A stretch of 64,000 nt of DNA from IMG/VR virus record IMGVR_UViG_3300028374_000796. One strand, written 5' to 3'. Below, in pieces: positions 1 through 9,363 of this stretch; within the stretch, counting starts at the first letter, position 1, and the number at the start of each line of letters is the position of its first letter. A program made the position numbers and the translations under genes. The notes under the pieces were generated by a model. The model saw only the letters and a program-made list of their open reading frames with translations, did no database searches and was not told the origin of the DNA. The DNA is from a virus.

Positions 1-651
1 GATCCAATCTCCCGAGTTCTGAACCGAGAACTCCATAATAGGCATTGTCATGTAAGCGAGAGCAATATTTGCCATACCCGCTCCGTATGAGACAGATACC
101 CCTGAGAAACCGTCTCCGGCGCACTCAGCATAGATGATAGCCATTGCTTCATTTCCTGAAATGGCAGTATAACCCAAATCCGTTAAAATACGCTCGAATA
201 CCGCTTCGTGATAGGCAACGTCCTGACCTGGATTATCCACGGGGGCAGCAGGAATGGAGTAATAACAAACCTCACCTTCTTCTTGGGGCTTACCCACCAC
301 GTTCTCAATGAGAATGGAAAGAATTTCCAAAGCATCAATCTCAGAAGCGGAAATAAGACCCCCAGACAAAGGTCGTCTAGCCTCTCTCTTAAAAAGATTA
401 GCCATCTCTAGGGCAGGGTCCCCTAAAATAATGATCTTGTCCTCATACTCTACATACGAGACACCGCTCATTTTGAGCATTTTCTTAGCTTCTGGTTCTA
501 AGTCCAGGAAAGCATCTCTAATGCGTTTGGTTTGAACAGAATTTCCCTGCTTTCTAGCAGAAATAATATTCATAGTGCCGATATCTAACCCAACTGGAGA
601 GGGCTTTTTTTTTGTTTCTTCTTGTTTCTCTTTTTTTTCATTTTCGGACAT
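1..651 (-). CDS. Actin-like ATPase (MreB/ParM/FtsA superfamily), 3'-truncated by the window edge
   Basis: Not in the ORF track. Manual translation from ATG 651 (AGGAG 6 nt upstream) gives MSENEKK...PVGLDIGTMNIISARKQG (phosphate-1 loop DxGT) and ...GFSGVSVSYGAGMANIA (phosphate-2-like). No stop seen in the stretches translated. Confidence 0.75.
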   Translation of the reverse strand, partial: MSENEKKEKQEETKKKPSPVGLDIGTMNIISARKQGNSVQTKRIRDAFLDLEPEAKKMLKMSGVSYVEYEDKIIILGDPALEMANLFKREARRPLSGGLISASEIDALEILSILIENVVGKPQEEGEVCYYSIPAAPVDNPGQDVAYHEAVFERILTDLGYTAISGNEAMAIIYAECAGDGFSGVSVSYGAGMANIALAYMTMPIMEFSVQNSGDWI

Positions 652-1672
652 ATTCATCTCCTATATATGGAACTAATTCCTGTTTACACTCGTCTCTGTT
701 ATTTTCTAAATCACTCTCCCAGAAACGGATAACTATATAATCCTTATTCCGCAAATATTTATTACATGCAGAGTCTCGCCACCTATTGGTTTTCTGAAGA
801 TCATATAAATCTTTATCCTCGTACTTATCGGGATGGGCGTGCCAAAAATCTCCATCAGCTTGAACCACTACATTTTGGTCTGGTAGAAGAAAATCAACCA
901 TATAATACCCGATAATTGCCTGCTCTTTGTATAAAACCTCTAATTCCTCAAGAATTTCTCTCACAGCCCTTTCTGGGGCAGTTTCTGAACGGGGCATTTT
1001 AGCTAAACGAGCTGGCATAGTCTCTCGAAGTTTTTGTTTATACTCCTTAGCCTTTTCTTCACCATAGAATTCTTCATAAGTGCTACCTCTTTTTTCCTCA
1101 GTATGCGCACGAATGCCCCTAGTAATTCTCTTAACATACTCGGGGTCCTCATACAAATGCATTACATTATGAATAGGATTAGCATCTCCTTTCTGAAGTT
1201 CTCCAAAATCGGGGTTCTCTTTATGCCACTGGCGTAGAGGGTGTTTGTCTCCCTCTAACCAAGGACGGTCTTTATCCCCATAGTTAGGATTATTCTTCCC
1301 GGATCTTCTCTCAGGTAACGAGGCCAACTGAATATTATATAACTCCAAACGAATACCTATGGTAGTCTCGGAACATTCAAATTTTTTAGATAGTTCTACC
1401 ACACTTGCTAAAGGATTTTCTTCTAAATGCCTGAGAATATCCTCCTTACTAATATTCACATCTCCCTTGAAGGGTCTTTGCGCACACAGCCCATGTCTAA
1501 TGAGTTCTCTTGAAATAATGGACCTAGTAGTACCGAACCTCTGTGCCAAAGTTTTTTGAGTAGTGCCAGGATCATCTGACAAAGCCTGTTCTAGATCCTG
1601 TTTTTCTATTGTTTTCTTTCCCCGTTTTCCTAATTTAATAACAAATAAAACCTCAAAAATATTCTGTCTCAC
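638..1672 (-). CDS. HTH/NUMOD-like plus Vsr/DUF559-type PD-(D/E)XK endonuclease (free-standing homing-type)
   Basis: C-terminal ETAPERAV...YMVDFLLPDQNVVVQADGDFWH...IVIRFWE; N-terminal HTH-like segments; SGKNNPNYG NUMOD3-like motif. Confidence 0.75.
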   Translation of the reverse strand: MRQNIFEVLFVIKLGKRGKKTIEKQDLEQALSDDPGTTQKTLAQRFGTTRSIISRELIRHGLCAQRPFKGDVNISKEDILRHLEENPLASVVELSKKFECSETTIGIRLELYNIQLASLPERRSGKNNPNYGDKDRPWLEGDKHPLRQWHKENPDFGELQKGDANPIHNVMHLYEDPEYVKRITRGIRAHTEEKRGSTYEEFYGEEKAKEYKQKLRETMPARLAKMPRSETAPERAVREILEELEVLYKEQAIIGYYMVDFLLPDQNVVVQADGDFWHAHPDKYEDKDLYDLQKTNRWRDSACNKYLRNKDYIVIRFWESDLENNRDECKQELVPYIGDEYVRK

Positions 1673-1926
1673 TAGACTAGTTTTTGACCATCTAGTAGAA
1701 TGGATCCCATTTTAATCTGGAGGCGACCGCTATTTACCAAATCTTCAATAAGGGAAGATATGATGTCTCCATTTGAAATAACCGCAGATACAATATCATC
1801 ATACCGATGAATAAAAATCTCTTCTGCCTCTACTACGGATGCAGTTCTATTGGATGCAAAAGATTTCTTTGCTATCCGAAACAGAACTTTTCTGGCGATC
1901 TTAATATTCCTAGTAGGATCTTTCAT
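1672..1926 (-). CDS. Hypothetical protein with basic KIARKV motif
   Basis: ORF track; translationally coupled to neighbours. Confidence 0.6.
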   Translation of the reverse strand: MKDPTRNIKIARKVLFRIAKKSFASNRTASVVEAEEIFIHRYDDIVSAVISNGDIISSLIEDLVNSGRLQIKMGSILLDGQKLV

Positions 1927-2207
1927 TGTGGTCGTTCCGTGTTCAATAATTCCAGATAAGAAGTATAAAAACCTACACCTCCATCGGGAACCATCTTTTC
2001 CAGTGCTTCAAGTCTCTCTGCAAAGAGAGTAAGAATCCTTTCCACTTCTTGTGGAGTATATCCCTCTTCTAGCATAAATCTCTTGCCGAATGCCTTTCTC
2101 AACATCCTTCTAGCTGAAACAGAAAACAAACGTCTTCTCTTTTTCTGTTTAACGTCCAAACTACGACGGGCGATTTTTCGGGCCATTTGATCTGGATTCT
2201 TACTCAT
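1923..2207 (-). CDS. Hypothetical protein with MARKIARR motif
   Basis: ORF track; 4-bp overlap coupling. Confidence 0.6.
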   Translation of the reverse strand: MSKNPDQMARKIARRSLDVKQKKRRRLFSVSARRMLRKAFGKRFMLEEGYTPQEVERILTLFAERLEALEKMVPDGGVGFYTSYLELLNTERPQ

Positions 2208-2880
2208 TAGAGCTTCCCTTCTTGTTGGCTTTCCTCATAGCAGATAGTGCTTTAGTAGCATCATCTACGCCGGACCTAGTAGATGTTTCTTCTTCGACCT
2301 TCATATCCGCAGATACTTTGGCATTATCGGATCGAATTTGAGAAGGGATGAAAACAAAAGAATCTTCATCATCTTCTTGTATTGAAGACCCTACTCGGGT
2401 TCCGCCCCCCGAGTTCGTAAGTGCCATTTCCTTTAAAAGAGCTTTCATATCCTCTGCGGAGATCCCACCACTAGGGGCTGGAGGATTAGTCAACATCTCT
2501 GCCATTTTAGAAATCAATTCCTTTTGGGACTCTACTACTTGATTCTGACCCTCAACGACCTGTTCCAGCTTCCGAAGCAGAGACTGTGTATCCTGCGATG
2601 GGGTGGAAGAGGATGCAGGAACTTTTGGAGGAGTAGTAGATTTTGGACTTGACTTTGGAACCGGCTCTTTAAGTTTCTTTTGAGAAGGGGGTTTGTTTTG
2701 AGTAGCGTTAATAATTTTCACTTTAGTAACCAAACCCTTCTGCAAAGCATAAGATAGATCGGAAGACCATGAGGCTCTATCGAAATGAATACGAACACTT
2801 CTCTGATAAGGGACAGTAAGACCTAAATCCTCAATTCTATGACTCCCAATAACGTTACCTTTAATTACCATCATCTTCAT
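2200..2880 (-). CDS. Hypothetical protein (Pro/Ser linker, coiled coil)
   Basis: ORF track; SD GGAG upstream; operon packing. Confidence 0.65.
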   Translation of the reverse strand: MKMMVIKGNVIGSHRIEDLGLTVPYQRSVRIHFDRASWSSDLSYALQKGLVTKVKIINATQNKPPSQKKLKEPVPKSSPKSTTPPKVPASSSTPSQDTQSLLRKLEQVVEGQNQVVESQKELISKMAEMLTNPPAPSGGISAEDMKALLKEMALTNSGGGTRVGSSIQEDDEDSFVFIPSQIRSDNAKVSADMKVEEETSTRSGVDDATKALSAMRKANKKGSSNE

Positions 2881-2881
2881 G

Positions 2882-3424
2882 TTATTCTCCTTCTAATGCT
2901 TTTCTAATTAAATCCTGATATCCCTTAGCCAATTCTTTCTTAACTCGCTCTCTAGCCTTTTCAACGCCTCGGTCCAAAAAATGCTTTCCTTTAATTCCAG
3001 GATGTTGCCAGGAACCGTCTGCCATCGTCTTAGAAGATGGCATCCTATAAATAACTTCTCCCGAATCCGTAATAATAGGAATGGGTCGTTTTGCCCGTTC
3101 TAAATAAATCATCTGATGAGGCTCCACACCTTTATTTAAGTACTGTGCGGCGGGATGGTCAGATTTGATCACCATCGTTGAATTTTTTACTTCATATTCA
3201 AAAGATTTTAAAAGATTAGTAGGAGGATTATTCCAGGAAGATCTTTTGATTTCTCTCTGAATTTCCCTGACTGCATATTTACCAGCGCGCTCCAGAGCTT
3301 CTTGTCTTGCTCTTTCAAAATCAGCATCATCTGGAAGATCTTTCACCAGAGGTTTTCCATAGACACCCTTTACACGTTTTTTAGACATAGAAACCTCGAA
3401 AATGAGAGAAAAGCTTGACCTCAC
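2882..3424 (-). CDS. Putative neck/tail-completion protein (HK97 gp10-like); probable start 3388
   Basis: Size and C-terminal HPGIKGKHFLDRGVEKAR resemble gp10-like proteins; virion context. Confidence 0.45.
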   Translation of the reverse strand: MRSSFSLIFEVSMSKKRVKGVYGKPLVKDLPDDADFERARQEALERAGKYAVREIQREIKRSSWNNPPTNLLKSFEYEVKNSTMVIKSDHPAAQYLNKGVEPHQMIYLERAKRPIPIITDSGEVIYRMPSSKTMADGSWQHPGIKGKHFLDRGVEKARERVKKELAKGYQDLIRKALEGE

Positions 3425-3454
3425 TTAGCAGATATATAGAAGAATTATATTTCG

Positions 3455-4846
3455 TTAGGAAGTCTTGGTAATATTATCGTAGGTAGGAGTCCTTCCCCTT
3501 TCTTCTACCTCATTAGGAACATCTTCATGGTCTGTAATTTGGTCATTGGTTTTATTAGGAATAGGTTCACCATCTTTATGTACTTGTGACCTATCCAGAG
3601 TAGGTGCTCGTGTCTCGGGATAGTCAAAGTCCCCTAAGTTAAGAGGAACCTCCTGACGAATATCCTCCAGAGAATCAATCATGTCGATCGAAAAATGTTG
3701 CTGCAAAATATTGCCCCTGTTTGTGGGCATTCTAACAGGACCTATAGAATAACGGTCATTATTTTTCTTGACAATGAAATCTCTCTGTGATAACATAGGA
3801 GTAGGACCTGTCCAAACCTCATAGATATGTTCCAAATGGAAACCAGTCTGATCGAATACCACGTTCTTATCCGCATCCTGAGGAGCTATCTTAAGTTCAT
3901 AAGGACCTTCGTAGCCTCCCACATATCCAGTGGCAAAACACTCCAGGCAGGATGAGTCAGGGTGTAAATAATCATGATCCCAACAATCGCATAGCTCACC
4001 TGTCCATTTTCTAATAAAAGCCCATACTCGTTCTCCCCCTTGGTCAAGGATCCAGGCGTTACGACGAATACCTTCCCTCCAGATATAATCCATGTTTTCC
4101 ATGTGCTGAATGGTCTTAGCCTCAGTCCATGCCAGCGGAGTTTCCAATAACTCTTCCTCTATCGGGTCTCCATTCTCGTCCACACCATCCCAATGACGAT
4201 ACCCTACCGTAGTTACCCGATAAAAAACTTTCCTATCCAACATATTTGTTACTAGGTTCAGATTGTAGTGGTAGGTACAAGTAACTGTGCTTTCGGGATT
4301 AGGGAGAACTGGAGACACCAATTTATTAGTAGCAGTATCATAGATAGGATCTGCTCTCAGTTGTACTTCGCCGGTCGCACCATTTATAGCTTCCACAGGG
4401 ACTTCGTTACCGTCTATTTTAACGATGACCTGAGAGGGATGGTTCGCAGGATAATTTTCAGAATCAGGTTTAACAATGGGATAGTTGTCTACTTGAAAAA
4501 TCCATTTTCCTCCCTCATCTTCTTGACCCTTTGCTAGAAAACTAGAACTAACATTTTCATCAATGACTTCCTTATGGAGAGTAGCATCTCTATAGAAAGG
4601 TGCTCCCAAAGGTTCATCATTAAGACGGTAATAGGGACCTAGTTCAGAGTTGTTAGATCTATATACATTGACCCCTAAGATATCCCAGTTCTTATTGCCA
4701 CCTAACGAGGTAGGATCGTCCCATCTCAAATCAAAGGCGTTCAAACCTTGATCAAAAGCAAAAAGAACCTCTAAGTTAGCAGGAGGAAGGGGATGTGTAG
4801 GATTCTGGCGTTCCCTATTTTGTGTTTTTCGGTCTTTTTGTGTCAT
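3455..4846 (-). CDS. Putative virion neck/head-closure protein with N-terminal FN3-like domain and Cys4 motif
   Basis: PPANLEV...DLRWDDP...GVNVYRS (FN3-like); CDC...CLECFATGYVGGY. Confidence 0.45.
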   Translation of the reverse strand: MTQKDRKTQNRERQNPTHPLPPANLEVLFAFDQGLNAFDLRWDDPTSLGGNKNWDILGVNVYRSNNSELGPYYRLNDEPLGAPFYRDATLHKEVIDENVSSSFLAKGQEDEGGKWIFQVDNYPIVKPDSENYPANHPSQVIVKIDGNEVPVEAINGATGEVQLRADPIYDTATNKLVSPVLPNPESTVTCTYHYNLNLVTNMLDRKVFYRVTTVGYRHWDGVDENGDPIEEELLETPLAWTEAKTIQHMENMDYIWREGIRRNAWILDQGGERVWAFIRKWTGELCDCWDHDYLHPDSSCLECFATGYVGGYEGPYELKIAPQDADKNVVFDQTGFHLEHIYEVWTGPTPMLSQRDFIVKKNNDRYSIGPVRMPTNRGNILQQHFSIDMIDSLEDIRQEVPLNLGDFDYPETRAPTLDRSQVHKDGEPIPNKTNDQITDHEDVPNEVEERGRTPTYDNITKTS

Positions 4847-5232
4847 AGCCTTAGTACCTGCAATTCTCCCAAGATCCTGTTGACGAATTTTTTTGGAGTT
4901 TCATCGCGAGTTCTTTTCCATCCTAAGATAGAAGCCCCTACTTCAATCACGACGGATTTTGGAATGTTTTCTAATAACGCTTCTTGTGAGGGGGGATTAT
5001 ATGGCCAAGAGAAAAAAGAGTCTTCCTCTTCAAGATCATCATTGACCTTAAATAAAAACAGGCGTTCACAGAAAGCGTACTTCATAAGTTCGTAAATAAA
5101 CTCAAACTCTGGGTATTGCTTTCGGAGTAACACCTGCTGATTACCTGTAAGAGGTATATAGAAAAACGTCAGTTCTGGAGTAGAAATAGGGGTATAGCAG
5201 TGGAGAGTACGCTGATTCCAGAATGATGACAT
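4843..5232 (-). CDS. Hypothetical protein
   Basis: ORF track; promoter-like motif 47 nt upstream. Confidence 0.6.
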   Translation of the reverse strand: MSSFWNQRTLHCYTPISTPELTFFYIPLTGNQQVLLRKQYPEFEFIYELMKYAFCERLFLFKVNDDLEEEDSFFSWPYNPPSQEALLENIPKSVVIEVGASILGWKRTRDETPKKFVNRILGELQVLRL

Positions 5233-5297
5233 AGGTTCTCCGAATCAAGGGGGAAGGGAAATCTCAATGAGACGGAAAATAAATAGATTCTGGTCTT

Positions 5298-6079
5298 TTA
5301 GGAAGAAGGCCAATCCACTTTATAGGTCTGAAATTTATCTTTAAGGACATTAATCTGACGAGTAGACAGGGATCGTTTGGATCCGATCTGGTCTGCAACA
5401 CTTTTCACAAACTCCATCGTCCAAGTATCCCCCTTTCTTTGTCCCCCTTTCTTTGTGCCCCTTTCCAAACTTTCCTCATAGGACTAATTAGACGATGCTC
5501 TTCTTGATTTTGAACATCTTCGGTGTCTTGTCCTTCATCCTGCGCTTCGTCCAGAACATCTAGGAGAGCGCTTTCCTGTTTGAAAGACAGAATACCACCT
5601 CCTTCCAACTTATCGTGGAGAGATCTCAAAAAGGAATTGTCCGCCCATCCCTGATACGCTTCTATCTTTTTTAACCATTCATGCTTATACTTCTCTCTAT
5701 CTTCGATTTGGGAAAGACGGTCGTAAAAACTTTGAGACGAGACATAAGCTCTTTTCATACGCTTAACGCCCTTCTCCCAAGTATCTTTCCAATTATTAGT
5801 TCTCTTAAAATGGTTTTGACCCATCGCTTTTCTATTAAGGGTATATCCGTTGTGAAGGCTCTCAAGGCGTAGTTTCATCGAAGCCTTGCCCTTACCCATA
5901 GCATCGTCTCGGGAGCCAATAGTGGACGATAGGACAACCCCTACATGCTTGCTTAGGGGAAGAACATAGACACCTGCCCTATTTTCTTTGAGATACCATT
6001 TGCCTCGAAATCCGATCTCATCTAGCCAAAATTCTAATTCATCACGACTAATCTGAACATAAGCTGCTTCTACAAACAT
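5298..6079 (-). pseudogene. Hypothetical protein frameshifted by a 14-bp tandem duplication (track ORF 5405..6079)
   Basis: TCCCCCTTTCTTTG at 5428-5441 and 5442-5455; removing one copy extends the frame 43 codons (DTWTMEFVKSVADQIGSKRSLSTRQINVLKDKF...) to TAA at 5298-5300. Confidence 0.7.
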
Positions 6080-7293
6080 TATTCGCCTCCTTCGGCTTCT
6101 TGTTCTAGCATTTCAAGTTCTTCGGAAAATTCGTCATAATCCTCATTAATGAAATGTTCTAGAACATCATCGGGGATTCTTCGTTTAGATCTTTTGGAAA
6201 CAGAAGAAGTCTTTGAGTTTTCACCCTTAATTGGAATGCAAGCCTCATCAACGAACCTGCTTCTTGTAACTGGAAACTTTTCCGAAAGAGGATTGATTTG
6301 AGGTCTAAGAATTGTAACCTCATCTTCTCCCCTAGTAATGGCAACATAAGCCAGTCTTCTTTCCGAAGCTAATAGATCTTCATCCTGTGCGCTTCTATTA
6401 TGAGGAAATCCTCCTGCACCCGATTCATACATAGGAACAAAAACTTGTTTGGCTTCTAGACCTTTCCAACCGTGAACCGTATCCAAAGATACTGCGGGTT
6501 CGTTATAAGAAGGATCGCTAGGATTTGTGGATTTAGACAGGGCTTCTGATTTTTTAATAACTGTCTGTACATAGTTAAAAGCTTCATCAACACTATCAAA
6601 ATGTTCAAGAACACTTCGGAAAGGATCTAAGGGTTGTAGAGCGTAATCCCTGATTATAGAATCGCTGGCAACATCTGCATCTAAATTCTCATCAAGGATG
6701 GTCTCGATAGCTTGAGGATCATTTTTAACGGACTCGATCATGGACTCGACCATAGATCCGAAAGGACCTTCATAGTTGAGTAAAATTTCCAGTGAGCCTT
6801 CTGGTCCCAAATCTTCTGCTTGACCGTAAATACTTTCGAGAAATTTAGCATAGGCTTTTGCCCTGTCTCCCCATTTGCCGCCACTGTATACTTTTCTATA
6901 CCCCTTCTTCTCTACGAAGAACTCATAATAATTCATGCCGGTAGCAAGTTTATCCAATTTATCCCGCATGGTATAAGGGCTAAGACCAAAATCAGGACTC
7001 TTAACCCCTTGAATAACCGCCTCATTGATTTCTTCGTCTGTCCTTTCCTCCGGGCTCATAATTCCCAACAAAGGAATTAGACCTCTCATTACAGGACCCT
7101 TGAAAGGATGCTTTTTACTTCGGAAAGGAATTCCTTTTTCGATAAGTGCAGATGTGAAATACAAAAGTTCTCGGGTAGTTCTGCAGGCAACTCCAAAATC
7201 ATCATACGTCATTCCTAATTCTTCGTTATCAATCTGGTCCTTAATAACTGTAGCTGTATATTCAGAACAATCTTGCATGGTAGGCAATACCAT
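6079..7293 (-). CDS. UvrD/Rep (SF1A) helicase C-terminal half only
   Basis: VACRT, AVSLDTVHGWKGLEAKQVF (motif V), ERRLAYVAITRG (motif VI); no Walker A/B in this ORF. Confidence 0.8.
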   Translation of the reverse strand: MVLPTMQDCSEYTATVIKDQIDNEELGMTYDDFGVACRTTRELLYFTSALIEKGIPFRSKKHPFKGPVMRGLIPLLGIMSPEERTDEEINEAVIQGVKSPDFGLSPYTMRDKLDKLATGMNYYEFFVEKKGYRKVYSGGKWGDRAKAYAKFLESIYGQAEDLGPEGSLEILLNYEGPFGSMVESMIESVKNDPQAIETILDENLDADVASDSIIRDYALQPLDPFRSVLEHFDSVDEAFNYVQTVIKKSEALSKSTNPSDPSYNEPAVSLDTVHGWKGLEAKQVFVPMYESGAGGFPHNRSAQDEDLLASERRLAYVAITRGEDEVTILRPQINPLSEKFPVTRSRFVDEACIPIKGENSKTSSVSKRSKRRIPDDVLEHFINEDYDEFSEELEMLEQEAEGGE

Positions 7294-7322
7294 TTCAGAA
7301 ATTCTCCCTTCCCCTTTCTGAT

Positions 7323-8045
7323 CTACGTTGGCTTTACACGTCTTCGAGACTCTAGGGTAACAGCGTCTTTAGAGGTAGGATCGAGAGAAGACAAACGGTT
7401 TTTGATCTTCTGTAGTTCCGTTGCCAGATCCTTTGCGTCTCCCGCCATCGAAGCTACCACTTCAACTTCGGAAATTCCTACATCAAATATAGAAGCTGCT
7501 TTTACGATCCACTGGTGTTCTTTTGCCAATCCAGGGGCAGGGGACATAGCAGCTAATTTATGCAGTCGAGCTAACGATCCCTCTTCTACCAGTGCTTTGT
7601 CTATTTGACGGATAGTAATAAGAGATCTGCCCGAAAAGATTTCTCTGACGGTAGACATATCTCGCATCAAACGAGGGAGAAGTGCCTCCATCAAATCTGT
7701 TAGTCTAATAATAAAGGTCGACACCTTTTTACCGCGAAGCAATTTACGATAAAGAGTCCGGAACCGCATTTTACCTGCATAGTCCCCAAAATACGCTTTG
7801 GTTGCTTCTGCTATTTGGGCACGTTCTCGTTTAGCAAAATTTACTCCCCGCTGAACATGTGATTTAACTTCACTCTCCCTTCCTTGAGGAACCTGTTCTT
7901 CCTCTATAAGACGAAAAACCGTTCCTAAGGCCAGAAAGAAAGCCAGAAATCCTGCGAACCTCTCAACGGAGATAACATCTTTGTTGGTGGTTGCTTTTTT
8001 GATAGCAGAAACTACCAGCTTCTTATGGTCGATGGAATCACTCAT
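7323..8045 (-). CDS. Hypothetical helical protein, possibly the N-terminal remnant of the helicase gene
   Basis: ORF track; its 3' end overlaps the open upstream extension of the UvrD frame (7294-7368). Confidence 0.6.
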   Translation of the reverse strand: MSDSIDHKKLVVSAIKKATTNKDVISVERFAGFLAFFLALGTVFRLIEEEQVPQGRESEVKSHVQRGVNFAKRERAQIAEATKAYFGDYAGKMRFRTLYRKLLRGKKVSTFIIRLTDLMEALLPRLMRDMSTVREIFSGRSLITIRQIDKALVEEGSLARLHKLAAMSPAPGLAKEHQWIVKAASIFDVGISEVEVVASMAGDAKDLATELQKIKNRLSSLDPTSKDAVTLESRRRVKPT

Positions 8046-8150
8046 AATTATTATTACCCTCTATTTATATGTAGGCTTCTAATGCCCAATCCAGTTATTA
8101 CTTAGTGACCATAAAAAGATTCTTGAGATCTACCTATCTAAATTTTCTTC

Positions 8151-8180
8151 TTGACAAGTGATTTAGTGTGATTATATTAT
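8151..8180 (+). promoter_or_regulatory. Sigma70-type promoter for 8284..8712
   Basis: TTGACA (8151-8156), 18 bp, TATTAT (8175-8180). Confidence 0.7.
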
Positions 8181-8283
8181 AAATGTGGGCGAAACAGATC
8201 GTCCGCATCGAAAGTGTTGCTTTCCCATAAGGGGAAGGGCGCTTACATAACCAAGAAGTACCAACCTCACCGGGAGAATACCC

Positions 8284-8712
8284 ATGAGCGACGTATTTGA
8301 AACGATGAAAGAAGGCATTATCGGAATGATCAAGAAAGAAGTGGAGAAGCAGGTGGAAGCTCGCCTGTCCGCGTGGGAGCAGAAGATGGAACAGGCTTTT
8401 GCAACCACTACCACTACCACCACTTCACCTTCTGATGAGAAAACTTCGGAATCCCCTCTTCCCAATGTGAATGATCGTACCGAGAAAGTGAGTCCCGATG
8501 CTCAGAAGCTCTATCAGTACCTTCGCCAGTATCGGAAGGAACACAAGGATGAGGATCCGGATGCTACTCCTTCGTATAAAGTGATCCGTGAGAAAACGGA
8601 GCTGACCTCCAACAAGGTTAGCGATGCCTATAACGAGCTGGAGTCTCAGAACATCATTGCCCGTAAGCCGAAAGGTCGGGCCAAGATCGTGGAGTTCGCT
8701 CCCATGTCCTAA
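8284..8712 (+). CDS. Protein with C-terminal winged-helix HTH
   Basis: PSYKVIREKTELTSNKVSDAYNELESQNIIARKPKG; GGAG SD; own promoter and terminator. Confidence 0.7.
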   Translation: MSDVFETMKEGIIGMIKKEVEKQVEARLSAWEQKMEQAFATTTTTTTSPSDEKTSESPLPNVNDRTEKVSPDAQKLYQYLRQYRKEHKDEDPDATPSYKVIREKTELTSNKVSDAYNELESQNIIARKPKGRAKIVEFAPMS

Positions 8713-8723
8713 GAAGTTAGGAA

Positions 8724-8774
8724 CCAAAAAGAAAACCCCGCAACCTTTAAGTAGGAAGCGGGGTTTTCTTTTGG
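8724..8774. terminator. Bidirectional intrinsic terminator
   Basis: CCAAAAAGAAAACCCCGC...GCGGGGTTTTCTTTTGG between convergent genes. Confidence 0.8.
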
Positions 8775-8839
8775 AAAAAACAGGTGTTACCTTACGTTAT
8801 AATTACCAAGGTGATAAGGAATAGCATCCTTAGCTCTTA

Positions 8840-9280
8840 TTACGAATGATCTCGAAGGTTTAGTGAACTTTGGAGAACGCGGTTAGAGATTCTCTTATTT
8901 TTCTTGACGGCTTGTACCCACGAAAGGGCTATATAACCTCTCAGGTTTGAACCATCCTCGAACTGTATATATGAGGTGCCAGGTTCGCCGTGACCACAGC
9001 AAGCATTCTGAATAGGTCCGGGGAGAGTCCCAAAACAAGCGTCATGACCTTCGGGAGTGTTGTGCTGCCCGCAGTGACCACAAGGTCTATCTTTCCATGT
9101 CTCGACCGTAGGCTCCCCCGTATCACAATAAACAAAGGTATCCTTGCCTATTTGCTGAATAGGATGCCCTCTTAAAAGAGATACCTCAGAGGATAGAGAA
9201 TCAAGAATAGGACGAAGATGATCCCTTAGTTCGGGATTCGTTAATCCCAAGCTAATAAGTTGTTCTTTTAATGTTGGCAT
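8840..9280 (-). CDS. LIRLG-NPELR-tagged protein with Cys/His-rich domain
   Basis: N-terminal MPTLKEQLISLGLTNPELRDHLRPILD; CGHC...HDAC...NACCGHG. Confidence 0.65.
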   Translation of the reverse strand: MPTLKEQLISLGLTNPELRDHLRPILDSLSSEVSLLRGHPIQQIGKDTFVYCDTGEPTVETWKDRPCGHCGQHNTPEGHDACFGTLPGPIQNACCGHGEPGTSYIQFEDGSNLRGYIALSWVQAVKKNKRISNRVLQSSLNLRDHS

Positions 9281-9363
9281 AGGTATCAGATCCCTTAATG
9301 ATTTGAATAGTTATTATTATTTTTAGGAAAAACTTAGTAGTATCAGAATCCTATTACGAAGAT

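Noticed and set aside
7323-7368. Programmed -1 frameshift joining 7323..8045 to the UvrD ORF
   Set aside because: No XXXYYYZ slippery heptamer in the overlap, and the fusion would still lack Walker A/B
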